Source: an uncultured Methanosarcinaceae archaeon
GTDB lineage: Archaea > Halobacteriota > Methanosarcinia > Methanosarcinales > Methanosarcinaceae
Direction: 5' to 3'
NCBI GenBank assembly: GCA_963833425.1
Contig: CAWHXP010000008.1
Location: 564,578 to 628,577, forward strand
DNA: 64,000 nt
A program made the translations under genes and the position numbers. Below are positions 23,940-35,679 of this stretch, one piece after another. Positions within the stretch are counted from its first letter, which is position 1, and each line of letters opens with the position of its first letter. The notes under the pieces were generated by a model. That model was not told the DNA's origin, did not search any database, and saw only the letters and a program-made list of their open reading frames with translations.

Positions 23940-24260
23940 AGACAGAAACTTAGAGAAAAAAGATACAGAAACTTAGAGAAAAAAAGTAGTGAGTCGTACT
24001 TTTGATATAAACTTCATGGGAATAATTGACGGAGATAATGAGATGGTTCGAAGATTCAAAACAACAATTTAATCACGTCATGATTCTTAGATCAAGTTAT
24101 CAGAAAAAATGAAGTAATTCACAGAGGCATAGGTACTAAGCAAAATCAAAATTTAATGACTTAATGCTAAAAAGGGCAGAAAACGATAATGCTAAAAAGG
24201 ACAATAAACGAACATTTTCTTGCGATAGGGAATATTTTAATGATAGTGAAAGGTAGCTTT
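23940..24260 (+). mobile_element. highly decayed IS5-family transposase fragment
   Basis: Remnant (F.YKLHGIIDGDNEMVRRFKTT...HDS) homologous to HFGYKLHNIIDRDYELIRRFKTT of the IS at 54020-55149; carries small tandem duplications. Confidence 0.65.
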
Positions 24261-24737
24261 AAAATCAGAGAATAATTAACCATAAACGAAAAAAATCAGG
24301 ACAACTATAAAAATTAGCGGTAAAGATTTGTACAGTGTTCAGTCGAAGAAAAATAGAACTCTTCGGTTCATTATAAATGATTTAACTAAACTCCTTAATT
24401 TCGTAATATGCTTGCAAATTATTTATAAATAAATTAATAAAGTTAGTGCCTATCTGAATATTTTATAAAGTGATACTCTAATTGCCGATAATGAGAAACC
24501 TGAAACTAAGAAATTATTAGAAATATAATTTTATAAAAGTAAACTAGATGCCAAACCAATCGTTATCTAAAATAGTAAATGATAAAATCGCACGATTCAA
24601 ATATATGTACTAATATTGGTAATTTTTGACAGAATTGCCTTTATCTATGAAAAAATTTGTGAATGATCGTTAGTAAATGTTTGATTAAAGTTGATTATTC
24701 AGATTTATTCAAGACTCTACTTATGGAAGTTGGAAGT

Positions 24738-25931
24738 ATGAACAATAAAATAATTGCATTTGATTTCCTTAGGGCTTTAGCAATAATTATGATTATTCCA
24801 GCTCATCTGAGCAACTTCTTATTTTCTATTTATAGTAAGCTAGGACTTTATGCCTTTGATCCATATTTCGCAAATATGGGTTTAGGGTTATTTATTTTTA
24901 TTAGTGGATATTTGTTATATTATAACAATCATTCTATAAATTCATTACAAAATTTATTATCCTTCTATAAAAAAAGACTTTTAAGAATTTATCCTCTTTA
25001 CTGGGCAGCTCTCGCAGCTTATATAGTTGTGTTCTTGGTATTTGCTCAAAAACTAAATACTGGTTTTGTATTTCCCCATGCCCATAGTGCATTTGGTTAT
25101 TTTAATATTTTGATACATATTTTGGGATTACAAATTTTTCTCGCTCCAGCTTACGCTTCTCCAATGTTAACCTTATATTTTATCGGTCTAATTATTGCAT
25201 TCTACACACTTTATCCCTTCATGATTATGTTTTCAAAAGATACAAAATATATTCTACTTACTTCATTTATTATATTTGTAGTTTTTTTATCAATCTCAAG
25301 GACTTTCAGCGTCATAGATCATCGTTTTTTTATGTTTTTCTCAATATTTGTGTTTGGTATCCTCACCTGTAAAGAGAGCCTATTTGAAAAATTCGAGATA
25401 AAAATCGTGACAAAACCCTTTATTCAGATCATACTGGCAGTTCTTCCGGTTATATTTGTATTGATTATTGTTTTAGAGTCAAGATTGCTATTGTTTTTAG
25501 ATCCAAAAGTTTATTTTGCAATTGACTCCGTAGGCAGCGGTACAATAGGATCTTCAATGATCAAATCGATGTTGAATAATTGGGCAGATTTATTAAATCT
25601 GAACTACTCAACGTTACAATTCATCATTGATACATTATTTCTAAATATTTTTGTAATAATCTTCTGTATCTTTGAATACAGGTTTACAATGAAATTTATC
25701 AATGATAAATTTTCAAGTTCGTTGAGCTCTATCTTTACTTATATGGCTACATCCTCTTATTGTGTTTACCTATTCCACCGGCCATTTTTTGCTCTGTGGA
25801 ATTCCGGAACAAACTTCATACACAATTCTATTTTGCACGATATTGTCATAATATTTGTAGCGCTACCTCTCCTTTTTTATGTTTCATATAATATACAAAT
25901 ATTTGAATCAAATTTAAGAAAATATTTCTAA
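24738..25931 (+). CDS. acyltransferase family 3 (OafA-like) membrane protein
   Basis: FDFLRALAI..H, FIFISGY, FYKKRLLRIYPLYW and SYCVYLFH motifs; many TM segments. Confidence 0.9.
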   Translation: MNNKIIAFDFLRALAIIMIIPAHLSNFLFSIYSKLGLYAFDPYFANMGLGLFIFISGYLLYYNNHSINSLQNLLSFYKKRLLRIYPLYWAALAAYIVVFLVFAQKLNTGFVFPHAHSAFGYFNILIHILGLQIFLAPAYASPMLTLYFIGLIIAFYTLYPFMIMFSKDTKYILLTSFIIFVVFLSISRTFSVIDHRFFMFFSIFVFGILTCKESLFEKFEIKIVTKPFIQIILAVLPVIFVLIIVLESRLLLFLDPKVYFAIDSVGSGTIGSSMIKSMLNNWADLLNLNYSTLQFIIDTLFLNIFVIIFCIFEYRFTMKFINDKFSSSLSSIFTYMATSSYCVYLFHRPFFALWNSGTNFIHNSILHDIVIIFVALPLLFYVSYNIQIFESNLRKYF

Positions 25932-27480
25932 TATAAAAAAATTACTGGCAGAGACATTTTCTTCAGCGGTTCCACTAATAGCGAGGCAAGAAGGCAACAA
26001 TTCAAATTAGTTTAACGTGGTCAACTCAATAATTAGCCAGAACTTACTCAAAATATAAATATTATAATTTTTGCATCTGCTCCATTCTTCTGTTTTAATT
26101 TCACAATTCAAACCATATCTTTTTTTAATTTTCAATATCGGTTCTTAGCCACTTAGAATGAGTAATTTATTATCCTTAGCTTGATAGTAAAAACGTTATC
26201 CGAAATGTAAACCTGTTCTTCTCGTTAAAAAAATCATTTTAAAGCATTCAAAAATTTAATCAAAAATTTATATAAATTTGTCGCTTTCCACCCTTCATAC
26301 AAAAAAAAAAAATATTAGTAGCAAATTTGGTTCTATTTTAGAATTTTTGTTGCCAAATTTTTCACACGATATTAAGTATCTTTTCGGCATCCACATCAAC
26401 TGCCAAATTCAGTATCAAAAATCCGATCAGAATTAGTAGCTATTCATACTGAGCTAAACAAAAATTATAGCTTCCTTTACTAGAATTCATTGAGCAAATT
26501 TTTAGGTTTCATTTTATATAATTGTCGGTTATTTATTATGTATTTATTCCGTTCAACATCAAGCGGATTGTACCTGGATGAAAACTTCCATATGAATTAT
26601 AATTGACTAACTTATTGATATTTTCACCTACTTTTGCACTATAAAACGGGACTACGTAAAGACTGGACTACCTAATGCAAATTATTTTGTCTACAAAATA
26701 AGAGATTATACAGTTTTTGTGTATGAAGTACAATATTAAATTTTTTCAGGCAATTCTGTCCCCGACTATTTGAGAAATATCTGATTTGAAATTGGTAAAA
26801 GTTTTTGTTTTGGGTTTGATACACTAGGTACTGATTGTTAGAATACACACCTTTTCATCGATGGTTACTCAATATTCTTCTCGAAGATTATATAAATTAT
26901 AAAATATATCATATAAAAAAGTCTTTGAAAAATACTCGCATTAAAAATCATTTAGTATGGTGAAATGGTTGTTTGATGAAGTTATAGTGGAACTGGGATG
27001 ATGGTGCGATTTTCAGTGTAATTAAAAAACTTTGTTGAAGCAGGGGAATCAATGAGAAAATGAAGTACATAAGCAAGTTAAAATATTTATTTGTGAATAA
27101 TTCCTTTGCGTCCAAGCTGTGGCTCTAACATACCAAATTGCTTGCAGCAGGGTACAACGAAACAACAGTTAGCCTCTTCTGAATTGTATAAATGGTTTCT
27201 AAATTGACGAGATTACGAAATATTAGGGTAGATTTTACATTTTTATAATATAAGAACATTGTTTTAGATTTATTCGAAAAAGCTATTGAAAAGCTCCAAC
27301 CGTTTTTGTACAGATATCTACATGGTACAATCTATTTTATCAACACGAAAGTAATTTAGAAATTGATCTAACTTTAGACTGATAATAGCGAGTAAATCGG
27401 CAACAAATTCTATGAATATGTACATCTTTGAATATGTACATCTTTGGAATGTCAGATTAAAGCATTTATGGAGAATAGTA

Positions 27481-28266
27481 ATGAATAACCCACTGCAAAA
27501 AATAAGAGAAACAAAACCGCTGATACATCATATTACTAACTGGGTTACCATTTATGATTGCGCAAATATAACAAGAGCTTGGGGGGCACTTCCTATGATG
27601 GCGCATTCCCCCGAGGAATGCATAGATATGACAGCGATTTCATCTGCGCTTGTAATTAACATCGGAACTTTGACATCTGGAATCATTGATGCAATGATAC
27701 TCTCGGCTTCTTCTGCAAATGAAAAGAAAATTCCTATAATATTTGATGCAGTCGGCGTTGGCTCAACTAAATTTAGAGATGAAATGGCTGCAAAAATTCT
27801 TGATTCCGTCCACATCGATATTATTAAAGGTAACTACTCTGAAGTTGCAAAATTGGCAGGTGAAATCACTGAAACAAGAGGTGTGGAATCAACTCCCATC
27901 AACGTTGATCCTGAAAAAGTAGCAAAAGAACTTGCAAAATCAAAATCCTCTATTGTAGTGATGACAGGAAAAGAAGATATAATAAGTGATGGGGAAAATA
28001 TATATATTATACGGAATGGAAACAATCTAATGGGGTCAATTGTTGGTACTGGATGTATGGCCGCATCAGTAATAGGTGTATTTGCTTCGATTAATCCCAA
28101 TTATTACGATGCATCTAAAGACGCTTTATGCTACTTTGGAGTTGCAGGAGAACTCGCAGCTGAGAAATCAAATGGACCTGGAAGTTTTATTGTCAATTTG
28201 TACGACATAGTTTTCAATCTTTCAGATGAGAAAGTAAAAAATATGATGGATTTTGAAGAAAAGTAA
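27481..28266 (+). CDS. thiM: hydroxyethylthiazole kinase
   Basis: [24 protein letters not shown] and VGTGCM motifs; GGAG SD. Confidence 0.95.
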   Translation: MNNPLQKIRETKPLIHHITNWVTIYDCANITRAWGALPMMAHSPEECIDMTAISSALVINIGTLTSGIIDAMILSASSANEKKIPIIFDAVGVGSTKFRDEMAAKILDSVHIDIIKGNYSEVAKLAGEITETRGVESTPINVDPEKVAKELAKSKSSIVVMTGKEDIISDGENIYIIRNGNNLMGSIVGTGCMAASVIGVFASINPNYYDASKDALCYFGVAGELAAEKSNGPGSFIVNLYDIVFNLSDEKVKNMMDFEEK

Positions 28267-28330
28267 GTTTAGACGAAGAAACTCTTCAATCTACTATGCG
28301 ATTAGAAAAAAATTCGAGGCTTTCATTATC

Positions 28331-28500
28331 GGGATCGCTGAAACTCCCTCAACTCTACTTGCAAACGATACAGAGGGTTCAATAAACATATGATTTAACG
28401 AGTTAATTACGTACCATTTGTAAGCAAACTACGAAATATGAATTTAATGAAATCCTTGAATCATGCGCCAGTAGAATTAATGGTAAGTTTTAGCGATCCC
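28331..28500. mobile_element. 170-bp MITE between thiM and thiE
   Basis: Terminal inverted repeats GGGATCGCTGAAACT / AGTTTTAGCGATCCC (14/15 match), with looser complementarity extending inward; no ORF. Confidence 0.75.
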
Positions 28501-28581
28501 CAAAAATCTCAAAAATTCTAATAAAAAGAAATTTAGGAAAACATGGTTTTAAAAAATATATTCTGATGGAAACAGAAAGCT

Positions 28582-29289
28582 ATGGAAAAAGGGAATCCAA
28601 AACAGAAAAAAAAATTCTTAAAATATATTGACTTTTATCTTGTGACAGATTCCAGACTCTCAAAGAAAGGAACTTTATCTGACGTCAAGGAAGCAGTTGA
28701 GGCAGGATGTCAGATTATTCAGTACCGAGAAAAAAATAAGAGTGAAAAAAAAATGATCTCTGAAGCATCCGAAATCAAGAGAATATGCAAGAACAAAGCA
28801 AAATTTTTGGTTAATGATAGGATTGATATCGCTTTAGCAGTTGATGCAGATGGCGTACATTTAGGTCAAAACGATATGCCAATTGAAATTGCGAGAAAGC
28901 TTATGGGCGACGATAAGATAATTGGTCTTACTGTCCATAATGTTGATGAAGCAATAGAGGCAGAAAATAAGGGAGCTGATTACATTGGTCTGGGTCCTAT
29001 ATTTGACACTTCTACCAAAAAAGACGCTGGAGGGGGAATTGGTCCTAATAAAATAAGAGAAATCAAAAATTCAATAAGAATCCCTGTAGTTGCTATTGGT
29101 GGAATAAACATGGAGAACTGCGAGAGCGTTATTCGGAATGGAGCTGACTGCTTAGCTGCAATCAATGCAGTGGTATGTAGCGATGATGTAAAAAGTGAAA
29201 CTAAAAAATTTATAGATAACATCCGGAGAATAAAAATCTCGCGGGATCATTCAATTGAACGGATAAACCCAAACAGTGAAGTTATTTAA
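28582..29289 (+). CDS. thiE: thiamine-phosphate synthase
   Basis: [37 protein letters not shown] and VAIGGIN motifs. Confidence 0.96.
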   Translation: MEKGNPKQKKKFLKYIDFYLVTDSRLSKKGTLSDVKEAVEAGCQIIQYREKNKSEKKMISEASEIKRICKNKAKFLVNDRIDIALAVDADGVHLGQNDMPIEIARKLMGDDKIIGLTVHNVDEAIEAENKGADYIGLGPIFDTSTKKDAGGGIGPNKIREIKNSIRIPVVAIGGINMENCESVIRNGADCLAAINAVVCSDDVKSETKKFIDNIRRIKISRDHSIERINPNSEVI

Positions 29290-29302
29290 ACACTCCTTGA
29301 AC

Positions 29303-30157
29303 GGTTCCGTTGCAAAAAATTCAAAAAAATATGTAAATCTATAAGTGATGAATAAAAATCAGAATATTCAAGGAAAATGCACTAACATTATAAAACTATG
29401 TCAAACAATCGATTATTGTATTTGACTTCATTAAGAACAGAGTAATTTAAATTATTGACTTGTCTCTTTTTAATCATATTCATAGCTTCAATTCCTTTTA
29501 AAGTCTTATTAGCAGATCGAAAAGACTGAAATCCTAACATTGGATTAACGATTCGCTTTATAGATCTGTGACCTTGTTCTATAATGTTATTCAAATACTT
29601 GATTTGTCGAATGCCTACGTTCTTAAGTAGTATTTTATCAATTTTTAGTTTATCTATAGCATGTGGATAAGCTGGATTCTTATCAACGGTTGTTAATCTT
29701 GGAATTTGATTATGATTAGAACTTAAAGCTTTCTTAAAGAATCTCTTCGCTGCCTTTCTATCTCATTTTGAACTTAACATGAAATCAATTGTATCTCCAT
29801 TTGAGTCAACTGCTCGGTAAAAATATTCCCATTTATCTTTTACTTTGATATAGGTTTCATCAACTCTCCACGAATCATTTATTGGTCTTAAATGTCTTCT
29901 TATCTTCTTTTCTATTTCAGGGGAATATTGATGTACCCATCTCATGATTGTTGTATGGTCGACTTTTATTCCCCTTTCTGCCATCATTTCCTTTAAATTT
30001 CTATAACTTAATGCATATTTTAAGTACCATCTTACATTTAATAGGATAATTTCCCCTTCATAATGCTTCCATTTAAAGGAATTAGATAGCATGTTACTAT
30101 CTTTGGTTTTCTTTTTATTCAATTGTATTAGTAGAAAGGATTTTTTGCGATGGAACC
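29303..30157 (-). mobile_element. IS6-family insertion sequence (855 bp)
   Basis: Inverted repeats GGTTCCGTTGCAAAAAAT / ATTTTTTGCGATGGAACC; no obvious target-site duplication. Confidence 0.92.
29388..30092 (-). pseudogene. IS6 DDE transposase with one in-frame TGA
   Basis: FKWKHY..VRWYL..LSYR..VDHTTIMRWV..WRVDETYIKVK..YRAVD; TGA at 29763-29765, then DRKAAKRFFKKAL..TVDKNPAY..NNIIEQGHR in the same frame. Confidence 0.9.
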
Positions 30158-30193
30158 CCAATTCTTGATATACTCTGGAACGAATTAAATTAC

Positions 30194-31159
30194 ATGAATC
30201 TGGAGAAAACCGCAGGAGAAAGTGATTGCACGGGACGAATATACTCCGATATAACAGAGACAATAGGTAACACACCGCTTGTCCGGTTGAACCACATGAC
30301 AAAAGGTCTACATGCTGATGTGGTGGTTAAACTTGAGTCTTTTAACCCACTGGGGAGTGTAAAGGATAGGATTGGATTGGCAATGATCAAGGGAGCCGAA
30401 TGCGATGGTAAAATTAAATCTGGCACTATAATAGTTGAAGCAACTAGCGGTAACACTGGGATAGCGCTTGCAGGCGTATGCGCTGCCCGTGGCTATAAGC
30501 TTATACTGGTCATGCCTGAGACAATGACCATCGAAAGAAGAAAACTGTTGCAAGCTATGGGGGCAGATATCATCCTGACACCCGGGAGAGAAGGAATGAA
30601 AGGTGCCGTCAGTACAGCAGAGCAAATAGCTGCAGAAGATCCGATGCTTTATTTCATGCCCAAGCAATTTCAAAATCCTGAAAACCCTGAAATCCATCGC
30701 AGAACGACTGCCGAAGAAATATGGAAAGATACTGACGGCAAGGTGGATGTGCTTGTAGCAGGTGTAGGAACAGGCGGAACGATTACAGGCGTCGCAGGCG
30801 TCATCAAAAAAAGGAAACCTACTTTCAAGGTAGTTGCAGTCGAACCTGCAGAGTCTCCAGTTCTCAGCGGAGGAAGTCCGGGATTCCATAGGATCCAAGG
30901 CATTGGTTCAGGGTTCATTCCGGCTGTACTTCGGCTTGACTTGGTTGATGAAATAATTAAGGTAACTGGAGACGATGCAGCTGCTACGGCCAAAAAATTA
31001 GCAAGAAACGAAGGCATACTTGCAGGCATATCTTCAGGTGCAGCTACATATGCGGCACTGCAAGTTGCTTCCAGAGAAAAAATGAGTGGGAAAATGATTG
31101 TTGTAATCTTGCCAGATACGGGAGAACGTTATCTGAGTACCAATCTATTTGACGATTGA
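30194..31159 (+). CDS. cysK: cysteine synthase A (O-acetylserine sulfhydrylase)
   Basis: [16 protein letters not shown] (PLP Lys), [22 protein letters not shown] and [10 protein letters not shown] motifs. Confidence 0.96.
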   Translation: MNLEKTAGESDCTGRIYSDITETIGNTPLVRLNHMTKGLHADVVVKLESFNPLGSVKDRIGLAMIKGAECDGKIKSGTIIVEATSGNTGIALAGVCAARGYKLILVMPETMTIERRKLLQAMGADIILTPGREGMKGAVSTAEQIAAEDPMLYFMPKQFQNPENPEIHRRTTAEEIWKDTDGKVDVLVAGVGTGGTITGVAGVIKKRKPTFKVVAVEPAESPVLSGGSPGFHRIQGIGSGFIPAVLRLDLVDEIIKVTGDDAAATAKKLARNEGILAGISSGAATYAALQVASREKMSGKMIVVILPDTGERYLSTNLFDD

Positions 31160-31175
31160 CATTTGGAGATTTCAA

Positions 31176-31790
31176 ATGGGAATCAGGAAGATACAAGGAC
31201 AGTTTTTGAAAAAGATCCTGCAGCAAGGTCTACTTTGAAGGTGATGTGTTGTTATCCAATGATGTGTGATGGCTGAATTAATCTATTATCTCACTTTACC
31301 TGGGGAAAACACTTTTTTCTTGCGCGTTAACTATAACATTTTCCAGAACGCTTACAGAGATTCATCCAGGAGCAAAGCTAGGAAAGCGGGCGTTTATTAT
31401 TATGGATATGGAGGGGTAATTGGAGAAACTGATGGAGTAGACGATGATGTTCTCATATACATGGGGGTACTTGGTGGAACAGTTCCTGATAGAATAAAGC
31501 GTTATTCTACTGTTGAAAACGACGTGGTTCTAGGTTCAGTCGTAATAGTACTTGGGCAAATTACTATCGGAAAGGTGCTAAAGTAGGTGCATGCTAGATT
31601 GTGATCCGATCAGTTCCTCCAGAAGCTACATTTGTGGGAATACCGGCCAGAGTTGCAGAGCCACAGTTTCTATATCTGCAGGTCAACTGAATCGCGATAA
31701 GTTACCTGATCCAGTGCTTTCTTTAGCAAGCCCGATGCCTGACAGGTTAAACCGGCTAGAAGAACAGGCTCATGCACCAAATTATACACT
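31176..31790 (+). pseudogene. cysE: serine O-acetyltransferase, decayed
   Basis: [64 protein letters not shown] and KLPDP pieces spread over several frames; directly after cysK. Confidence 0.88.
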
Positions 31791-31829
31791 TTGCACAGAA
31801 TACCTTTACAAAAACAGTTCCAAAAAAAG

Positions 31830-32110
31830 ATGAACAAATTTAACCATGCTGAAACAAGTAATCTACCTGAGGTCTGAATAAATATTGCCAGATGGGTATG
31901 GCTAAAAAAGTAATTGTGGATGGAGCAAATGTAGACGTAAACCTTGTGTTGACAACAAATATTTGTCCTATGGTTAAATTTCTCAAGGACCAAGCAAAGC
32001 GAAAAGTTCTGATCGTTTTCGGAATATAAAAAGTTAATGTCTACATTCTTGATGAACCCTGGAACTGGGATCGATTCAAAGAACAAGCACCAGATCAACA
32101 GTCCACATGA
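31830..32110 (+). pseudogene. metal-sulfur cluster assembly factor (DUF59/SufT-like), decayed
   Basis: KKVIVDGANVDVNLVLTTNICPMVKFLKDQAKRKV...VNVYILDEPWNWDR; LT..CP motif; internal stops. Confidence 0.7.
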
Positions 32111-32200
32111 AAATGTAAGTCAGAATTATTCCGTGCCAGACTAGAATCAATATAGATTTCGATAGTTTAAATTTCATCATATTTTATAAAAGGAATCTAA

Positions 32201-32237
32201 ACGACTTGTGAAAAATCAGTGGTTTTTCACAAGTCGT
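32201..32237. terminator. perfect 15-bp hairpin between convergent genes
   Basis: ACGACTTGTGAAAAA-TCAGTGG-TTTTTCACAAGTCGT. Confidence 0.45.
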
Positions 32238-32417
32238 AATATAATTTATACAGCAAATTACCAATGCTGCCATACTATCAGTATCCACATTAGTACGATA
32301 TCGTCGATTGTATTTATCTATCGATGTCGTGACTGGTCAGGAATTAAACTTGTTGCAGCATTGCCCACATAATAAGATATTGAAATAGCTGGGAATCAGT
32401 GATAGAATCTTCAATTT

Positions 32418-33215
32418 TCATAGTATTTCATCCATACTACCGCTTCTATATCCTTTCAGGTCGAGAGTAACATAAGAAAAGCCGTATTCTTGCAATAACT
32501 CCACGATTCTATGTCTAATGTTTAATGCTTTTTCGAATTCTTCAGGCATCAACTCTATTCGCGCAATTTTACCGTGCAACCGTACGCGCAGATTGGAAAA
32601 TCCTAGATCTTGCAATATATTTTCGGCGTTTTCCACCATTTGCAGCTTTTCAATCGTTATCTCTTCACCATATGGAATTCTTGACGCTAGACATGAAGAT
32701 GATGATTTGTTCCAAAAATCAAAACCGCAATCTTGAGCTATCTGTCTTATATCAGCTTTATGAATTCCTAGATAAATAAAAGGGTGAATGATTTTCTCCT
32801 CATTGCTTGCTTGAAGTCCAGGACGGTATTCATTAAGATCTGAAGCGTTAATTCCATCAGCTATATTTGAAATAGCCAGCTTTTCAGCTTGGTCTCGTAG
32901 AATCCTCGCAGACTGCTTTTTGCAAATGTAGCAGCGATTGGGATTATTTCTCCTAAATTCTTCATTTTCCATTATGGAAAAAGGCAATATGCTACAAGAT
33001 AATCCGAATTTATTCGCGATATCCACCGCGTCATTAACTGCTCTTCTTGAGACTATAGGCGCATCAAAAAGTATACATTTTGCTCTCTCGTGAAGAGCTT
33101 TTTGCGCTAATACCGCAAGTAAAGTGCTGTCTATGCCCCCAGAATATGAAATGAGTAAGCTTTCAAATCCTGATAGCTCTTTGAGCAATGCGTCGCATAT
33201 ATTTTCTTTTTCCAT
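32418..33215 (-). CDS. larE: ATP-dependent sulfur transferase, LarE family
   Basis: PP-loop SYSGGIDS, RCYICK, DGINASD...YRPG, SCLASRIPYG, RVRLHG and GYRSGSM motifs. Confidence 0.92.
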   Translation of the reverse strand: MEKENICDALLKELSGFESLLISYSGGIDSTLLAVLAQKALHERAKCILFDAPIVSRRAVNDAVDIANKFGLSCSILPFSIMENEEFRRNNPNRCYICKKQSARILRDQAEKLAISNIADGINASDLNEYRPGLQASNEEKIIHPFIYLGIHKADIRQIAQDCGFDFWNKSSSSCLASRIPYGEEITIEKLQMVENAENILQDLGFSNLRVRLHGKIARIELMPEEFEKALNIRHRIVELLQEYGFSYVTLDLKGYRSGSMDEIL

Positions 33216-33399
33216 GGATGAATGCCGACTTTTTAATTTTTCAAGATTTTTTTGCAAATTTCATAATGTTATATTTTTTAGCATCATTCACTATTGTGAA
33301 TAGACTGAAAAAGATATTATTGGTAAAATACTTTTTGTCCCGAAAATGAAAGCTTAGGGATCTTCGCATAATTGATGTGATAAAAACAAATGTAATGCT

Positions 33400-33692
33400 T
33401 AAAATGATGCATTACGGAGATTCTAATAAAAAAATATTTGTCTAGAATAAGTACATTCTCGGAACGAACAGTTCTCTTGAATATCCAGATAGCATCTCAT
33501 TGAAAACTCCTTATATCACTTTATCAAAAAGCTGTTTAATCCGAAGATCAACTTTTTTTCCAGGGAAGGAGAATTCACAATTTTCTAGTTCTGATGATGA
33601 ACGGTAAACGAATTTACAAGGAAGATATTGAATCCATTAAACTTTCAGAAGGTAATGGAATTGTACTTTTTTCCTCGGTATTAGGAAATTGA
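33400..33692 (+). pseudogene. MoaD/ThiS-family ubiquitin-like sulfur carrier, decayed
   Basis: VLMMNGKRIYKEDIESIKLSEGNGIVLFSSVLGN* resembles the xxNG...L.EGD.I.LFPPVSGG C-terminus with the di-Gly lost; 5' part has stops; boundaries approximate. Confidence 0.55.
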
Positions 33693-34098
33693 TCGTTGAC
33701 GAGGAAAATATTTTATATTGACACAACAAAAATGATTTTAGCATGACCTCAACAATTGATGTGAAAAAGGAGAATAACAGATGAATAGATCCCTTTTTCA
33801 TGTATCGTTAGAATAAATGGAGGCATTCTTAGTGAAAATTATCTAAATGCTAAAATTTAAAGTTACAAAATAGAAAAGATTCATTAGCGTGGATTCCACT
33901 AATTATGAGATTATTGTGTAATCGTTGAAAGTGGGATCATTTTGAGTTAAAGCAACTTTCTTGTGAAGAACTTATTTTACTTTTTCAATTTGGAGGAGAT
34001 CATAAAGTTCGCAAGTTAAAAAGTTCCATGGCTTCTTCGCGTTAGAAATTCCGACGCTTTATATTTCCTCCGAAAAAGGTTGTAATTGAGGATTTTAC

Positions 34099-34577
34099 AT
34101 GAGAAACATTAGTTATAAGAAAATAATGATCGCAACCCATGGTTAGAATTGCTCCAACCTGGCTATTTACAAAGGAATGGAGCTTGCACGATTGAGTGGA
34201 GGGACGGTTTATGCAGTCCATGTGATATCAACAGCTTACTTATCTCCAATAAGTGGAAATTATTTTATGGGCATGAATCCTTATTGGGAATCAATACACT
34301 AAGAGTTGAATCTTCAAGGGAAGCAGGCTGTAGATCATATAAAAGGCTTGGGAGAGGAAAAAGGAATTAATGTAGAATCTATTCTTCTTGAGGGCAATCC
34401 CTCAGAAGAATTGATCCGGTATGCCGATGAGGAAAAAAAATGGATATCGTTATTATGGGCAGTCTCGGAAAGACAAGATTCGACAGGTTATTTCTGGACA
34501 GCGTTGCAGGAAATTTAGTCCGACACTCAAAAGTTCCTGTTATGGTTGTAAGGAAAAAGAATGAGCTACGAGATTGA
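34099..34577 (+). pseudogene. universal stress protein, inactivated
   Basis: YKKIMIATHG*..., EGNPSEELIRYA, DIVIMGSLG and SVAGNLVRHSKVPVMVV; TAG, TAA and an A-tract frameshift. Confidence 0.9.
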
Positions 34578-34851
34578 TCTAAAATGGACTAAAGAGGATT
34601 CCTATCAATTTCCGATTTTCGCAAGCTATTTATGCATAATTTATTAGCATGTGACTATATTTTGTTGTTTCTAGAAATCCTCTTTTATCATATCTATGAA
34701 GAAAATTACAATTTTTAATTAGTTTATTCGTGCTATTTTTATTATTTTTTAATCATATAAGGACATCTACCTCCAAATTATATCCTTTAGAGGATATTTT
34801 TTGCCTATTTTAGGGAATCTTTATAAAATCCAGATATTAATAATTGACTAT

Positions 34852-35679
34852 ATGACACAACAATCTGCGACACAGCAATTCACTCTTACCATTATTTCTG
34901 GAAAAAACAGGTTTAGAGAGCAGGAAGGATTTGACCGTATAGAGATCAGACCTGGGGACACCTTGTCAATTGTTGGTCCTACCGGCTCAGGAAAATCAGC
35001 TTTCATTAATGATATTGAAACCCTTGCACAGGGAGATACAGTTACAGGCAGAACGATTCTCATCAATGGAGAAGTTCCCCCAGAGTCTTTTGTACGGGAA
35101 CCGGCCTTCAAACCGATTGCCATGATAACCCAAAACACACGTTGTTTGGCAGATCTCACAGTCGAAGCATTCATATTAATGCATATAAGAGCACGACGGC
35201 CTGGTAAGGAGGATTTGCTTGGTGAGACAATTAATCTTGCAAATACATTCACTGGAGAAAAAATAAGTCTTAAGAGTCGAATGAGTGCTTTATCTGGAGG
35301 TCAAACGAGGTCTATTATGATCGCAGATGCACTTATAGTCGGCGATACTCCAATACTTCTTCTCGATGAGATCGAAAACGCAGGTATCTTCAAAAATCGT
35401 GTAATGCAGGCTATTCAGGGAGGAAATAAAGCTGTTGTTCTTGTAACACACGATCCGTATCTCGCTCTCACAGCCGATAAGCGCATAGTGATGAGAAATG
35501 GAGGAGTTTACTCTGTGATCGAACCTACGGGCCAGGAGCAATACATTATTGAAGATCTTGCATTAATTGAAACCAAGCTAAATCAAATAAGAGAGAAAAT
35601 TAGACTTGGAACTGCTCTCTCTTCCTGTTCTTCGGAAGGTTTAATGATAGCAGTTGGCCAAGGTGTGGCTTCTAAATGA
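34852..35679 (+). CDS. ABC-type ATPase with no adjacent permease
   Basis: Walker A GPTGSGKS, Q-loop ITQN, LSGGQ, Walker B LLLDEIE, H-loop VTHD. Confidence 0.9.
   Translation: MTQQSATQQFTLTIISGKNRFREQEGFDRIEIRPGDTLSIVGPTGSGKSAFINDIETLAQGDTVTGRTILINGEVPPESFVREPAFKPIAMITQNTRCLADLTVEAFILMHIRARRPGKEDLLGETINLANTFTGEKISLKSRMSALSGGQTRSIMIADALIVGDTPILLLDEIENAGIFKNRVMQAIQGGNKAVVLVTHDPYLALTADKRIVMRNGGVYSVIEPTGQEQYIIEDLALIETKLNQIREKIRLGTALSSCSSEGLMIAVGQGVASK

Noticed and set aside
26900..27480. TPP riboswitch upstream of thiM
   Set aside because: I could not find the conserved CTGAGA and ACCTGA...GCGTAGG elements.
29763..29765. TGA in the IS6 transposase as selenocysteine or programmed readthrough
   Set aside because: The position corresponds to Arg in the KRD motif, consistent with a CGA-to-TGA transition; no support for recoding.
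34144..34146. TAG in the USP gene as a pyrrolysine codon
   Set aside because: The same gene also has an in-frame TAA and a frameshift, so it is simply dead.
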